Positions 10,906 through 25,239 of a stretch of 64,000 bases of DNA are shown here, piece by piece. Source of the DNA: Camelus dromedarius (Eukaryota); contig NC_087437.1 in the NCBI RefSeq assembly GCF_036321535.1, forward strand, positions 50,656,001-50,720,000. Reading direction: 5' to 3'. A program made the translations under genes and the position numbers. Under the pieces are notes generated by a model that saw nothing but the letters and a program-made list of their open reading frames with translations, was not told where the DNA came from and did no database searches. Each line of letters opens with the position of its first letter. Position 1 is the stretch's first letter.

Positions 10906-13091
10906 CTTTGGGAAATGCAGACACATACACAAAGAGGCTGTTAAATTACTTGACAGGAAAAGAACGCTTAGGGGTCTGTTTTTAAATGACAAAGCATGCT
11001 TCTTTGAAGTTTACAGTCTTAAAAATGCCACTCAGGCTACTCTGTCACAAATCAAAACTAGTTTTGTGAGTTTCACTGAGCCTGGCAACATTCAGTTATA
11101 TAAGGAAATAGTCTAGCTGTAGAAGGTAATAAACATAAAGCATGTTAGAAATACTTGAACTAAAGATATTGGTACTCTGATATTTTTGTACTGTAACTAA
11201 TTTTAGCTAGCCGAATTCTATTTCCTCTTCTTTGTTTTTGATACAAGACACTATGTTAAAAGGGCAGGAAATTAATATAATTATGTTCAGGGGAGACAGA
11301 ATCTTTTTGCTGCATTATGGATCGTTGGTAATCCATGTCTTCTGTCCGTATCCTAACATCTGCTTCAGGTATGTGAGAACCTGGGAACATGAGATTTGTT
11401 CTGAAAGGAGAAAGCTTAGGATGACATCATCTTTGTAACATTGTAATGGAAACGGTCATTACATTCAACTCTGTGTTTTTCACAGTGAGCGAACAGTGCA
11501 AAGATAATTTTAGAAGACTTTTTTTTTTTTTGCCTAGTCTCTTTGGCTCTAGGGCACACATATGATGCCTCTCCCTCTTCCATCAAGCCTGCCTTTCTCA
11601 TATGTCTGGTTGAAAGTCCAAATGAGGTGACCCTGCCCTCTCTGAGCTCTAAAAGTTGTCTAGTGAGATGAGCTAGGGATGTGGTTTCATTTGGTATTTT
11701 TCAAAAATTATATCACTTATAGTAAATAATCAAGAATTTATTTCCCTGAATCAAAACTCCAAAAGGAAGAACTATTTGAACAGGACCAGGACAGAGAAAT
11801 TTCCCTGATTTACATCTAGCTGAGATAAATCCCTACAATTTCTGATAGTTAATATTTAGACATGTACATTATGTAATTAGGCATTTTTATAATTTATTAT
11901 TTCTATCAAACTGTGAATATCTTTTTTCTAAAGCAGTTGACCATATTTCTGAAATTCTAAAACAAAAACTTCAAGAGCAACAAACCGTAGTCATTTCTAT
12001 GGTGCTTGTGGCATACTTTCAGTGCTATTTTTCTCTTTTCGCTTTATAAAATTTACATGTGTCACTGTGGTAGATGAAACCCCTATTGAGGAATAAAGAG
12101 ACCCCATCACAAGGCCCTTCTCTCTAAAAGCACGACACTCCTGTTCCAGGTTGTACAGGATCAGCTGGGTCAGACTCCAAGACAGGTGGGCGGTAGGTCT
12201 GTGAGAAGTTTTCCACTCTATCCATTTCCTTCCAGAAGCGACTCAGATGTAACCACCTCAGCCTCAGTGAGGTGAGAAAGCCCTGCTTTCTCCTTTAAAC
12301 CCATTCAGTTTGTACTGTACAGACATATATTTGCAGTGAATACATTTTAGTCAAGGCAACTGGCAAGAGTAGGTGCTTAATATTTGCCCCGGAACAAGTG
12401 TTATCGGTAGTTTCTATTTAAAAGTGTACTTACATTCCACTTCGCTTCAAAAATTAGATACATCTTGTAAAAATATACACATTATAGGCAGTTAGAAAAT
12501 AACTTAGGAATTAGGGTAAAGAAAATGTAAAGATTAAAAATAAAGTAGGTTGAAGAGATTGTACATAAAATCCATACAATAAAGCCATGGAAACTTGCTG
12601 TAGACAAGCCTTTGACCTTCTAGCAGGCAGTACAGAGGGAAACATGGTGAGTTATATGACTCATCATGTCCAAAGACATACTTAAACCAGTTGTTCAGGA
12701 AAAACACAGCAATCCTGCAAGTAAGACGTGAGCAATTTCTCCCTTGGGTCCTCATAAAGGGTCACTGAGTCAAATACTGAGCCCACCCTCAACCACATCC
12801 CAGGACAGATGAATGGATTTTAGGTAAAGGTGTTTCTAACACATCTGGTAGCTGTGGAGGCATCACTTCATAGCATAGCCGTTAAAAGCAACTCTAAAAG
12901 AGGCCAGAAGGATAGGGAGCGGGGAACAAGTTCAGGTGTACCCTCTCCGATGGCCTGCAGAGGGCTGGTTAATGTTGGTTAAGGTGTCTGCCCAGGCCAT
13001 GGGCTGCAGAGGAAACAGACTCGTCCACAGCCCTGCTGAAGAGACACCCTTAGGCAGCAATGTTCTTGTCCTTTGCAATCTCTGCACTGCT

Positions 13092-16000
13092 TTTTTTTTT
13101 CTTTTAACATTTTTTATTGATTTATAATCATTTTACAGTGTTGTGTCAAATTCCAGTGTAGAGTACAATTTTTCAGTTATACATGAACATATATATATTC
13201 ATTGTCACTTTTTTTCTCTGTGAGCTACCATAAGATCTTGTATATATTTCCCTGTGCTATATATACAGTATAATCTTGTTTATCTATTCTACAATTTTGA
13301 AATCCCAGTCTATCTCTTCCCACCCCCAACCCCTTGGCAACCACAAGTTTGTATTCTATGTCTGTGAGTCTATTTCTCTTTTGTATTTATGCTTTGTTTG
13401 TTTGTTTATTTTTAGATTCCACACATGAGCGATCTCATATGGTATTTTTCTTTCTCTTTCTGGCTTACTTCACTTAGAATGACATTCTCTAGGAGCATCC
13501 GTGTTGCTGCAAATGGCGTTATGTTGTCGGTTTTTATGGCTGAATAGTATTCCACTGTATAAATGTACCACCTCTTCTTTATCTAGTCATCCGTTGATGG
13601 ACATTTAGGCTGTTTCCATGTCTTCACTATTGTAAATAGTGCTGCTATGAACATTGGGGTGCAGGTGTCATCCTGAAGTAGGGTTCCTTCTGGATATAAG
13701 CCCAGAAGCGGAGTTCCTGGGTCATATGGTAAGTCTATTCCTAGTCTTTTGAGGAATCTCCATACTGTTTTCCACAGTGGCTGCACCAAACTGCATTCCC
13801 ACCAGCAGTGAAGGAGGGTTCTCCTTTCTCCACAGTCTCTCCAGCATTTGTCATTTGTGGATTTTTGAATGATGGCCATTCTGACTGGTGTGAGGTGATA
13901 TCTCATTGTAGTTTTGATTTGCATTTCTCTGATTAGTGATATTGAGCATTTTTTCATGTGCCTATTGATCATTTGTATGTCTTCCTTGGAGAATTGCTTG
14001 TTTAGGTCTTCTGCCCATTTTTGGATTAGGTTGTTTATTTTTTCTTATTAAATTGTATGAGCTGCTTATATATTCTGGAGATCAAGCCTTTGTCAGTTTC
14101 ATTTGCAAAAATTTTTTCCCATTCCGTACATTGTCTTTTTGTTTTACTTATGGTTTCCTTTGCTGTGCAGAAGCTTGTAAGTTTCATTAGGTCCCATTTG
14201 TTTATTCTTGCTTTTATTTCTATTGCTTGAGTAGACTGTTCTAGGAGAACATTTTTGAGATGTATGTCAGATAATGTTTTGCCTGTATTTTCCTCTAGGA
14301 GGTTTATTGTATCTTGTCTTATGTTTAAGTCTTTAATCCATTTTGAGTTGATTTTTGTGTATGGTGTAAGGGAGTGTTCCAGCTTCAGTGTTTTACATGC
14401 TCCTGTCCAGTTTTCCCAACACCATTTGCTGAAGAGACTCTTTATTCCATTGTATATTCTTGCCTCCTTTGTCGAAGATTAGTTGACCAAAAGTTTGTGG
14501 GTTCATTTCTGGGCTCTCTATTCTGTTCCATTGGTCTATATATCTGTTTTTGTACCAATACCATGCTGTCTTGATGACTGTAGCTCTATAGTATTGTCTG
14601 AAGTCTGGGAAAGTTATTCCTCCAGCCTCTTTCTTTCTCTTCAGTAATGCTTTGGCAATTCTAGGTCTTTTGTGGTTCCACAGAAATTTTATTATGATTT
14701 GTTCTAGTTCTGTGAAATACGTCCTGGGTAATTTGATAAGGATTGCATTAAATCCATAGATTGTCTTGGGCAGTGTGACCATTTTAACAATATTGATTAT
14801 TCCAATCCAAGAGCATGGGATAGCTTTCCATTTTTAAAGTCTTCTTTAGTTTCCTTTATCGATGGTTTATAGTTTTCTGTGTATAATTCTTTTACCTCCT
14901 TGGTTAGATTTATTCCTAAGTATTTTATTACTTTGGGTGCTATTTTAAAGGGGATTGTTTCTTTACTTTCTTTTTCTGTTGATTCATCGTTAGTGTAAAG
15001 AAATGCAACTGATATTTGAATGTTAATCTTGTAACCTGCTACCTTGCTGAATTCTTCAATTAGTTCTAATAGTTTTTGTGTGGACCTTTTAGGGTTTTCT
15101 ATATATAGTAACATGTCATCGGCATATAGTGACACTTTTACCTCTTCTTTTCCAATTTGGATCCCTTTTATTTCTCTCTCTTGTCTGATTGCTGTGGCTA
15201 GGACTTCCAAGACTATGTTGAATAGGAGTGGTGATAGTGGGCATCCTTGTCTTGTCCCAGATTTTAGTGGGAAACTTTTCAGTTTTTCACCGTTGAGTAC
15301 TATGCTGGCTGTAGGTTTGTCATATATAGCTTTTATTATGTTGAGATATGTTCCCTCTATACCCACTTTGGTGAGAGTTTTTATCATAAATGGGTGTTGA
15401 ATTTTATCAAATGCTTTTTCTGCATCTATTGAGATGATCACGTGGTTTTTGTCCTTTCTCTTGTTGATGTGATGTACCTTCACATTGATTGATTTGTGTA
15501 TGTCGAACCACCCTTGTGTCCCTGGGATGAATCCCCCTTGGTCATGATGTATCTTTTTTATGTGTTGTTGGATTCTATTTGCTAATATTTTGGTAAGGAT
15601 TTTGGCGTCTAGGTTCATCAGTGATATTGGCCTATAATTCTCTTTTTTTGTAGTGTCTTTGCCTGGTTTTGGTATCAGGGTGATGGTGGCTTCATAGAAT
15701 GAGTTTGGGAGCATTCCCTCCTTTTCAATCTTCTGGAAGAGTTTGAGAAGGACTGGTATGAGTTCTTCTTTGTATGTTTGGTAGAATTCCCCAGTGAAGC
15801 TGTCCGGTCCTGGACTTTTATTTGTAGAGAGGTTTTTTATTGCTATTTCGATTTCATTTCTAGTGATCGGTTTGTTCAAGTGGTCAGTTTCTTCTTGATT
15901 CAGTCTTGGTGGACAGTATGTTTCCAGAAACTTGTCCATCTCCTCTAGGTTATCCAGTTTGGTTCCATATAGTTTTTCATAATATTCTCATATGATATTC

Positions 16001-16886
16001 TGTATTTCTATTTTATTTGTTGTAATTTCTCCATTTTCCTTTCTTATTTTGCTAATTTGTGCTCTCTCTTTTTTCTTCTTTGTGAGTTTGGCCAGAGGTT
16101 TGTCGATTTTATTTACTTTTTCAAAAAACCAGCTTTTGGTTTGATTGATTTTTTCTATGGTTTTTTTTTTAAATCTCTATTTTATTTAATTCCTCCCTAA
16201 TCTATATAATTTCCTTCCTTCTGCTGCCTTTTGGGGTTTTTTGTTCTTCTTCTTCTAGTTCCCTTAGCTGGTGGGTTAAATGGTTTATTTGAGATTGTTC
16301 TTTTTTGAGGAAGGCCTGTATCGCTATAAACTTCCCTATTAGCACTGCCTTTGCTATGTCCCATAAATTTTGTGTGGTTGTGCTTTTATTTTCATTTGTC
16401 TCAAGGTGTTTTTTAATTTCAGCTTTGATTTCCTCGTTGACCCATTGGTTTTTTAATAGCATATAGTTTAATCTCCATGCTTTCCTTTTTTCTCCTTTGT
16501 TTCTCTGTTGTTGATTTCTAGTTTCATGGCACTGTGGTCAGTAAAGATGATTGAGATAATTTCTATCTTCTTAAAATTGTTGAGGTTTCTTTTGTGCCCA
16601 AGTACATGATCAATCCTGGAAAATGTTCCATGTGCACTTGAAAAGAATGTATATCCTATGTTTTGGGGGTGTAATGCTCTGAAAATATCCACCAAATCTA
16701 ATTTTTCTACTGTATTATTTAATATTTCTGTTGTCTTATTTATTTTCTGTCTGGAAGGTCTGTCTAGTGATGTTAGTGAGGTGTTAAAATCTCCAACTAT
16801 GATTGTATTCCCATCAATATCCCCCTTTATCTTTGTTAGTAATTATTTTATGTACTTAGGTGCTCCTATATTGGGTGCATATATAT
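13092..16886 (-). mobile_element. Relatively young 5'-truncated LINE-1 (camelid-type 3' UTR); ORF2 broken by frameshifts
   Basis: ORF fragments cover the EN C-terminus (16468-16695), RT (14797-15939, [14 protein letters not shown]) and C-terminus (14393-14782, 13583-13972). Poly(A) at ~13091-13105. TSD aatctctgcactgct (13077-13091) / aatctctgcacttct (16887-16901). Confidence 0.95.
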
Positions 16887-17923
16887 AATCTCTGCACTTC
16901 TCACGCCTCCCACAGCCACAGCCATTTGAACCTTGGTAAGCAATCGACCAAAGGATGTGAAGAGATGTGCCAGCCCCTGAACACAGAGGCCTGGTGTAAA
17001 CAAGATGTGCTGGGAGTCCACTCTGATCCCTGTCTGAACTGAGGAGAACAGAGGAGGAAACAGAAAGCAGCAGGAGTTGTAGCTGTGAGATCCTTTACGA
17101 CAGGGCAAGAGGTAGAATAAGGGATAAACAAGCAGAGCAATGAAGAGCGTGAGTCACCAGGAGCTATGAGGAAGAGGAAAAGACTCCGATGGGGGAAAGA
17201 AGCAGTCAATGGGCAGTGAGGGAAGAGGACACACCTGCACTAGTAGGCAGAGCACACAGGGGAGAACCCCAACTCCTCCCCAGGCCAAGGCCCCAGAGTT
17301 GCTGTGGATTCTGGAATTGTCTAGTTCCCACATCCATGAGCCTGGTCCTGCCACTGTTCTGATTCCTTCTGAGGCTATGTGGTTGCCTTTTCTAGTAAGC
17401 CTGTCATCACTGGAGGTCACTGAAGAAAATTGCTGGGTCTTCTGAGTTGAACAGATGGGCTGCATATCACCCAGGTCACCTTGCATAAACTTGCCCAGGA
17501 CCAGGCTTGTGATGAGATCCAACATCTCAATACTCGAGGCCCATCCTGTGGTGGCTGAGGGCACATGGCCTGCACAGTACTGATGAAGGACAGGTGCATG
17601 TATGTTACCATGATCCAGGATACATGCCTGTGTGGAGGCCACTTCACCTCCAAAGGGAAGAGGGAGAGGGGATTGCTCTGACAAGGACAAAGGATGAACT
17701 TTGGCCATTTTGCAACCACATGTATTCTTTCTTTCCAATCAGATTGTAGTTGGTCCCAAGTCCAGAGACCACATGTACAACCTCTTGCAGATACTTGTGC
17801 CCTAGAAAGTATTTAATCACCTATTGGCATTTAGTGAGTGTGTGTGTGGGGGGGGGGTGGGTAGGGAGGAGGACATTAAGCTAAATACTCAGAACCGTGA
17901 GGAAGCTAATTCAGTGATGACCC

Positions 17924-18372
17924 TGAACTGGGTTGAAAAGCATTTTCAAAGAATTCTTGTCTACCCAGGACCTCAGAATGTGACCTTATTTGGAAATAGT
18001 CTCTTTGCAGATGTAATTAGGTTAAAATGAGATCCTATTGGATTGTATGGGTCCTAATTCAATGACTGGTGTCCTTATATGAAGAGAAAACAGAGACCTA
18101 GAGACAAACACATTAAGAAGACAGTCATGAAGACAGGCAGAAATTGGAGTGATGGAGCTATAAGCCATGAATGCCAAGCACTGCTGGCAACCTCTAGAAG
18201 CCAGGAGAGAAGTAAGGAAGATTCTTTCCTAGAGCCTTCAGAGAGAGCATGGGCCTGCCAACGTCTTGATTTTGGATTTCTTGCCTCCAGAACTGTGAAA
18301 GAATAAGTTTCTGTGGTTTTTAGCTACCCTGTTTGTAATGCTTTGTTATGGCAGGTCTAGGAAATGAATATA
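17924..18372 (+). mobile_element. MaLR solo LTR (MLT1-like)
   Basis: cctcagaatgtgaccttatttggaaatag...ctttgcagatgtaattag...cctccagaactgtga signature. Confidence 0.85.
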
Positions 18373-20683
18373 TCCCCAACCAGTTTTTCCACTAGTGATG
18401 TAATAGTGTGGCCATCACTTTGGTGTGTTGATGAATCTGATGGGTGTGAGCTCAGAGATATAGCACTGCCCAAAACAAATAAGCAAAGGAAATGTCAGAT
18501 GGTCTCTTCCACGTGGGAAATGATGGTGAAATAATCTAGTAAATGCTACCATTTTCATGTGTGGATGTTTTGTAGGTAAGCGCTCTGAGGTAAGAATTTC
18601 AAATGTAATGATATCAACCAAATGAAGAATCTGGCTGAGAGTGAATGCAGGGGAGATGGCCTCTAGAAGGAGACCTCTTCTGGGTGCCCAGGTGTCCCTT
18701 CCTGGCAATGATAACTAAAGGGACAGGGCTGTATGCTTCTTGCACAAAGAGGCAGGAAACATCTGTATAAATGAATTAGCACAAAGCTTAGTCCAGAAAT
18801 GAAAGGCAGAAGCTGTGGGACAGAGGGGCCCATGATTACAATGGCCAGAAGCAAAGGGGTTCCTTCCTTTCCCACCTGGTTAAGTAGCCAAATCTGGGTC
18901 ATTTAATGAGCATCTACCTGGTGCCAGGCATGGTGCTAGGTGCCTTAATTGTGACTTAATCCTTATTTACTCCTCACAATCCCCTTGACATAGGTGGTGT
19001 AAGTGTGAAAGAAGCACAAGGTAATTCCAGTGAGTCAAGGTTATTTGCTCAGCCTTATCTCTGCAGTCAAGGAAAGTGGGAAATAAAATAGAAAATAAAA
19101 TATTTGACCTTAGCCCACAATAAACTTGCAATAAAAAGAATTCCTTTACTGAATAATATACATTTATTTCATAAAATAAAAATATTTCATTCAACTTTTA
19201 CTATTCATTCTTGGAACTTGTTCCTGGCAAGTCAAGATTTAAAAGAATTCTAAATGCATCTGTTTTATGCATTGTATTGAACAGGGAGGAAACTTTTCTT
19301 TTTTTTAAGAGAGGGAAATTACATCTCAGTGTTCCACAAAACAAACTTTCTTAAAAAATTTTAAGTTTCCCATGATTAAATTAAACCAAGAACTAACTGA
19401 ATGTACACAACAGGGAGAAAATATAAATATCAGAAGGGCATTTTTCTAGTTGTTTTAATAATGACTTCATCCCATCAAGTTCAATTCATCTCCTTTACAA
19501 AACCAGGCCAACACTGGATGTCAAGTAGAGAAGCTAAGAGGTTAAGTTCTGGATTCATCCCTACTTATGACGTGTGATTGTAAACACCTTGTGATCCAGT
19601 TCTACAAAGCTGATACAAAGAATCTCAGAATCATGATATCTGAGTTGATAGTAGTCGAGTTGTTAGTAAACTTGAAACAGACCGAGATGAAGAATATGTT
19701 AAGAGGATGTCACCCTGGACAGGGGGTAGAGATCCAAAATGTAGTCCTCGCTAATGACTGAGTGATTTGGGGTGAGTTAACTCTTTTTTCCATGGAAAAG
19801 TTCCTGAATCAGAAAGTTGAAAAGTCTAATGCCTGCTCTTCCATGATTCAATAGGATAAATTAGCTAATGTATTAGGAGTAAAGCTAGTTAAAGTCTTAG
19901 TGAAAAAGAAACCATAAAGCGTATGTCAAAGGTACAATTCTGAGGATACATAGGGAAAAAAAAGTTCTTTGCATGTGGTGTAAAAAAAAAATCTCTAGAA
20001 TTCTATAAACTTATTTGCATGAAAGCCAGCTTGGAATGAAATTAGAATGCTATTTACTCAAATTTGATCATTCTCTTCTCATGACTTCCTCCTCCAATGT
20101 TTCTTACACTCAGAACAATAGCTAGGAGTTTCCTGCCCTGTGTACAGTTTCCAGGACAATCTTTTGGTTCAGGGAAATGGATATCTAGTAGGGGTGGCTG
20201 ACATGTATTCAAAGATAAAAAGAAAAACAGAAAGATCTCCCAAATGATTAAACAAATTGCTCTCTTGACTTTCCTTAGACAAAGAAGGAAACAATTACCA
20301 TCAAGAAAATAATCCTCTGTCCCACACTCACTGTGGTTCATGAATACCTCTTAAATCATGCATCTGTAGTAAGCAGAGAGCATTCTGGAGTCCCAGGGGA
20401 CAGCAACAGCATTGCTGCTCAGATCTCAGCAAACATTATGGGGCTGTTTCTGAGACACTGGCCAGAGAAATACCAAGAGGGAGGGAAATAAAAAGATCAC
20501 AGTTTTGTTTTGTTTTTTTCCCCCTAATTAATCTGCATGGTTTGATTTCTGACAAGGAAAGAAAAGGAAGGTCATTTCATCTACCCAGATGTCAATAAAC
20601 AGTATGTTAAAACCAGGGGAAAAGGAAAAAAAGAGAAGAAAAGTATCCATGTGAAAGGTAATTCTCTGAATGCTTGATCCCTG

Positions 20684-21135
20684 TGTGGCAGACAGAATAA
20701 TAGCCTCCCAAAGAAGTCCAGGTCTTAATCCCTAGAACCCGAGACTATGTCAAATTATATAACAAATGAATTAAGATTGTTATTCAGCTGACTTCAAGAT
20801 GGGGAGATTATCATGGATTAACTGGGTGAGTCCTTAAAAGTGGAAGAGAAGCAGAAGTGAATGTCTGAGTGATCCTACTGAGAAGAGCTCAACCCACCGT
20901 AGCTGGCTTTGAAGATGGAGCAAGAGGCCTTGAGCCAAGGAATGTGGGCGGCCTTTGTAAACTGGAAAACGAGATTCTCTCCTAAAGCCTCCAAAAAGGA
21001 AGGCAGACACTTTGATTTTATCCTGGTGAGACTGTGTTGTACTTCTGACTCCGGGAACTGTAAGATAGTAAGTTTGTACTATTTTAAGCCCCACAAAGTT
21101 TGGGGTAATTTATCATGACAATGATGGAAAATACA
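20684..21135 (+). mobile_element. MaLR solo LTR (MLT1-like)
   Basis: tgtggcagacagaataatagcctcccaaagaagtcc...gctggctttgaagatgga...gattctctcctaaagcctcca. Confidence 0.85.
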
Positions 21136-21594
21136 CCTGAGTCAAAATCCAGAGTACATCACAGTGAAAACCATCTGGATCAGTTACGTCCCAGTCCCAG
21201 GAGGTCCTGCAGTGATTGAGGATGATTTGCCTGAAATGCCTGGGTCTGGTCTACTCAGAGTTAAGCCTGATGCCAGAGTTGAGAAGGCTCAACCCTCCAG
21301 CACTCCCTCTTTTGGTATTTCTCCTTAAGCACTTGGATTAAGGGATGTACCTAGTGTGTTTGTTGGGTCTCTTCTGGGATCTGTGATGTGAAATGGTACT
21401 AGGCTTTCACTTAGGGCCCATTTTTCAAAGCAATTTTCACGGAGAAAATATGAGTCAAGAAGGAAGCTCTTTTATAGATATATTGATAAAGTACAATATC
21501 CTTGCTGTTTATTTTATGTCAATAGCTAATTGAATTAAAAAGAAGATTGTTGTCAAAAGGAATAAAAATAAACAAAAGCAAAAAAAAAGATGAA

Positions 21595-21835
21595 TTGGAT
21601 CTGAGGATCTCATATATAACACGGTGACTATAGTTGATAATTGAAATTCGCCAAGAGATTAGAATTTAAATGTTTTGACCAATTAAAAAATAGTAAATAT
21701 ATGAGGAAATGTATATATTAAATTAACTCAGGGAGAATCCTTTCATAATATATATGTACATCAAATAATCATGTTGTACACTTTATGTATCTTACCATTT
21801 TATTTGTTAATTATACCTTAATAAAGCTGGACTTA
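21595..21835 (+). mobile_element. LINE-1 3' end fragment
   Basis: gatctcatatataacacggtgactatagttgataat...ttataccttaataaagctgg. Confidence 0.75.
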
Positions 21836-22193
21836 AAAGAAAAGGAAGGAAGATCTTTTAATCTTCTCATGGTGCCACAAGTGAGAAAATAAACTATTCC
21901 GTCAGTACTTTCCCTGCCCCTGTATGTTCTGGCTCCTGAGTTCCTGCTTCTTGTGGAGTGTGGGTTACTTTCAATGTTTAGGACCCCAAGGAACACAACT
22001 CCAGATTCCTAAAAACACTGAGGTGCTGCTTGGAATCTCATAGCATGGGTTTGCTGATGGATTTAGGCTACTTTGCCCAGAGTCAAATTCCTTGCCTATG
22101 ATCATTTCTCTAACATTTCTACAGCATCTCCTACCTTTGTAAGACTGTGCCTGCCTTCTGTTGCAACATTCCAACACCTGCTATGAAACATAC

Positions 22194-22319
22194 CGGACAT
22201 CCGGTGACAGCTGCCAGGTCCACGGCCAATTCACAGGACTTGATCAAATCCTCCAACATGGCCAAAGCTTGTTGTAGTTCAGCTGAAAAGGCTGACTCCT
22301 TGGTCCTCTTTGGTCCATT
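22194..22319 (-). CDS. MCF2L2: MCF2L2 coding exon, end of DH domain (NGPKRTKESAFSAELQQALAMLEDLIKSCELAVDLAAVTGCP)
   Basis: ccacag|AAT...CCG|gtatgt; 126 nt. Confidence 0.95.
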
Positions 22320-24467
22320 CTGTGGAAACCAAATGCCTTGTTGGAAATCAAAAGGTAAACCATCTACCAAGGGAAGAAGGAAAACAGGACAGAGATAAGG
22401 AGCCATGGATTCAGCCAGCATGAAGTGACTGAGAAGGTGGCTACATCAACCTGTTTCCCTGCTCCCAGAGAATGGTGACTAAGGGTATTTGCTGGTTTAA
22501 CTACATGATATATAGATATACAAGCAAAATCATTCACTGCACCTTCTACACATTGAACTAGTGAAGAAAGAAGTTCATGAAACCTTGGACATTACATTCC
22601 AGCTCTATAAGAAACATCCTTAAACTAACCATATTTCAATAAAAATATATTTTTAAAAAAAGGGAAAAGAAACACCATGAGCTTTTTTAAAGCATGAAAA
22701 ACCCAGCCCTTTAAATAGGCTGCTCTCCCTTTTACTTGCCTGTCCCTGGGGCCTGTTGAAAAGTATAGTCTGAGTATTATATTCCTATATTTCATGTGGC
22801 AGTCTTATTCCCATGGGTAAAATTATACTTAAAACCATCCCCCAGAGGAGGATATTTGTAAGCTATAGAGGCAAAGAGTGGGCTGCCAACTGGAGGTATA
22901 CTCATGATTTACATGTAAACACCATCATGGTGGCACTGGCCTCATAGAATCTCCCCTAGCTCTGCGCTTTCTCCTTCCTCTTCTCCTCCAGGCCTCCCCA
23001 TGTTCTGTCCTCATTAAAGATGCCAAAGAGGTAACCCAATGTGGTCTGCACCTCTCAGACAGCATAAAGACCCAGCGTTAAGTGGAAAAAGCAGTGATGG
23101 CTAATTCAGGGGCCCAACGTTCCAGTTATTACTACTGTGACACTTAGGACATGATAGGGATGGTTGTTTCAGCTCGAAAGTCTTTTGCTTTTAGGGTTTC
23201 TGTATTTTATTCCACTGCTATCTACATAGCATATTTATCTATTATCTGGTAAATGCAAACAAAAAGATTTTGGTTTTGTCCCCTTGTTTTTTAACCCATC
23301 AACTTCTACAACAAGGAACAGAGAGCCCTTTGCTGCCCTCCCCAGGATAGCCCCACGTCTTCTTGTCCTCTACAGCAAGATGTAAGCAGAGGGTTGTGTA
23401 TTTTCTTAATCTCTACTTAAACACTGAAGATTAGCATCTTTGGGTCATGAGTGACCGGGCTGATGAACGGAGCAGAGCGTGCTGCTTCCACTAAACCATC
23501 TGACATGGATTCTTACCTTCTCACTCATGGTAAATATGCTTCAGGTCCTGGTGAAAGACAATAGGCTGTCACCTGAGTTTATTGTAATGTCAATAAAGGA
23601 TTAAAAGTTCTTACACCAGACATCTTCCTCTTTACCAAACACTTGAAACCCTTCCTTTTAGAGACTCAACTGTTCCTGATCCTTCTCCTTCCCACTAACC
23701 TTCCTCCTACAAACCCAGCAGGTGGCTAGTTTTAAACTGTGTGATACAGGGCTCAGAAAAATTCTTAGAAACATTATTAAACCCCTCAGGCTAGCTCCAC
23801 TTGCTCCAGGCTATAAAGTTATTACCTGTGCCTTGAGCTTCTTATAATTTCAAGGCATCCCCACCACACATTCTGAGCCGGTATGCAAATGACTGCTCCT
23901 TGAGACACATACCTCAAGTTTTTCTTGTGAAAATCAGAATATTATAATAGAAAATTAAAAACAGCCCACTTCCAGCCACAAATTTCTTCCCAATATGGTG
24001 TGGCCAGCAATTCTTCCAAGGAAAGTTTAGCTGTCTTAGAATTCACACACACACACTTGGAGGGGAACAGAGCATCATGTATATAGGTTGGATATACTAA
24101 GAAATACAAAGAAGTAAATATAAATCATTATAATCCTACCATGCAGAAAAACCACAGTAGAAATTTTTATATATTTACTTTCAGTCTTTTATGCATGCAT
24201 TTTATAGCTTCACTTAATTTTGTATTCCTGTAAAACATTTTTATGTGGAAGGAAGAAAATATATTACCACTTTTATTACAAATCCCCACTTTGAAATTGC
24301 CTTTAAGTTTTTGTTTTTTTCTTGACTATGAATTATAGGATATATACTATTTTAGAAAATTCAGACAAAGATCATAAACAAAGAAAACAAGATTGCCATA
24401 AGTCCTCTCACCCATAGACAAATACCATTAGCAGTTAGTACATAAAACAGTATTTAATATCCAGTAC

Positions 24468-24539
24468 CTTAACTGAACTTCCTTCTAGGTCACGTGGGTC
24501 CATCTCCAAATCCTCAGGAGACTCAAAATCCAGCAGATC
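24468..24539 (-). CDS. MCF2L2: MCF2L2 coding exon (DLLDFESPEDLEMDPRDLEGSSVK)
   Basis: atgcag|GAT...AAG|gtactg; 72 nt; resembles the recalled human segment GLLDFESPEDMEIDP. Confidence 0.88.
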
Positions 24540-25239
24540 CTGCATTAACCCAAAAGTTTTATTGAAAAATCAAAAAGTAGAATGTCAACTTAAGCTACTG
24601 TGCAAACAATCTGCAGCCAACACTAAACTAACTGAAGATGTATATAAATATGTCTTTCACAAGAGGGAAAGAACAAATGGTATATTCAGCACAGAGTTCT
24701 TTCCACAAACATAGAATCATATTGGACACACTACTGTGTAGTCTGCTTTTCTCAACAACATATCATCAACATTTTATCATGAAATTACATTTTTTAAAAG
24801 ATAGATTTAAATTGCGGCAGAGTGTGGCATCCTATAGATAAATCATGATTGATTAATCCCCCCTACTGTTAAACATTTAGGTTCAACAATTTTACTATTA
24901 TTACAATAATTTTTATACATTTTTCTTAAGGATAAATTCCTAGAAGTACGATTGTTAATGTTAAGAGCTGTGATACATATTTCCAAGTTATTTAAGAAGG
25001 ACTGTGTCACCACCAGCCACATATGAAAGCTTGTTTCACTAATCTCTAGCCTACATAGAGTACTACCATTTAATAAAAAGGTTTTGTCAGTTGAATAAAC
25101 AGAGCAATTCTGCCTTACTGCTATTTTAATTTGGATTTCTCAAATAACTAGTGAGATAGAACTCTCAAAAAACATTTGCTATTAGCATTTACTCTTTTGT
25201 AAACTGCCTATGTCCTTTGTTCATCTTTTTATTAATTTT

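Noticed and set aside
14797..15939. 380-aa reverse transcriptase ORF as a domesticated or active gene
   Set aside because: It is an internal fragment of a 5'-truncated L1 ORF2 with frameshifts on both sides.
17154..17738. 194-aa minus-strand ORF next to the L1
   Set aside because: It has no recognisable domain in the frames I translated and starts at a non-ATG codon. A tBLASTx or Dfam search is needed to rule out an ancient ERV or pseudogene relic.
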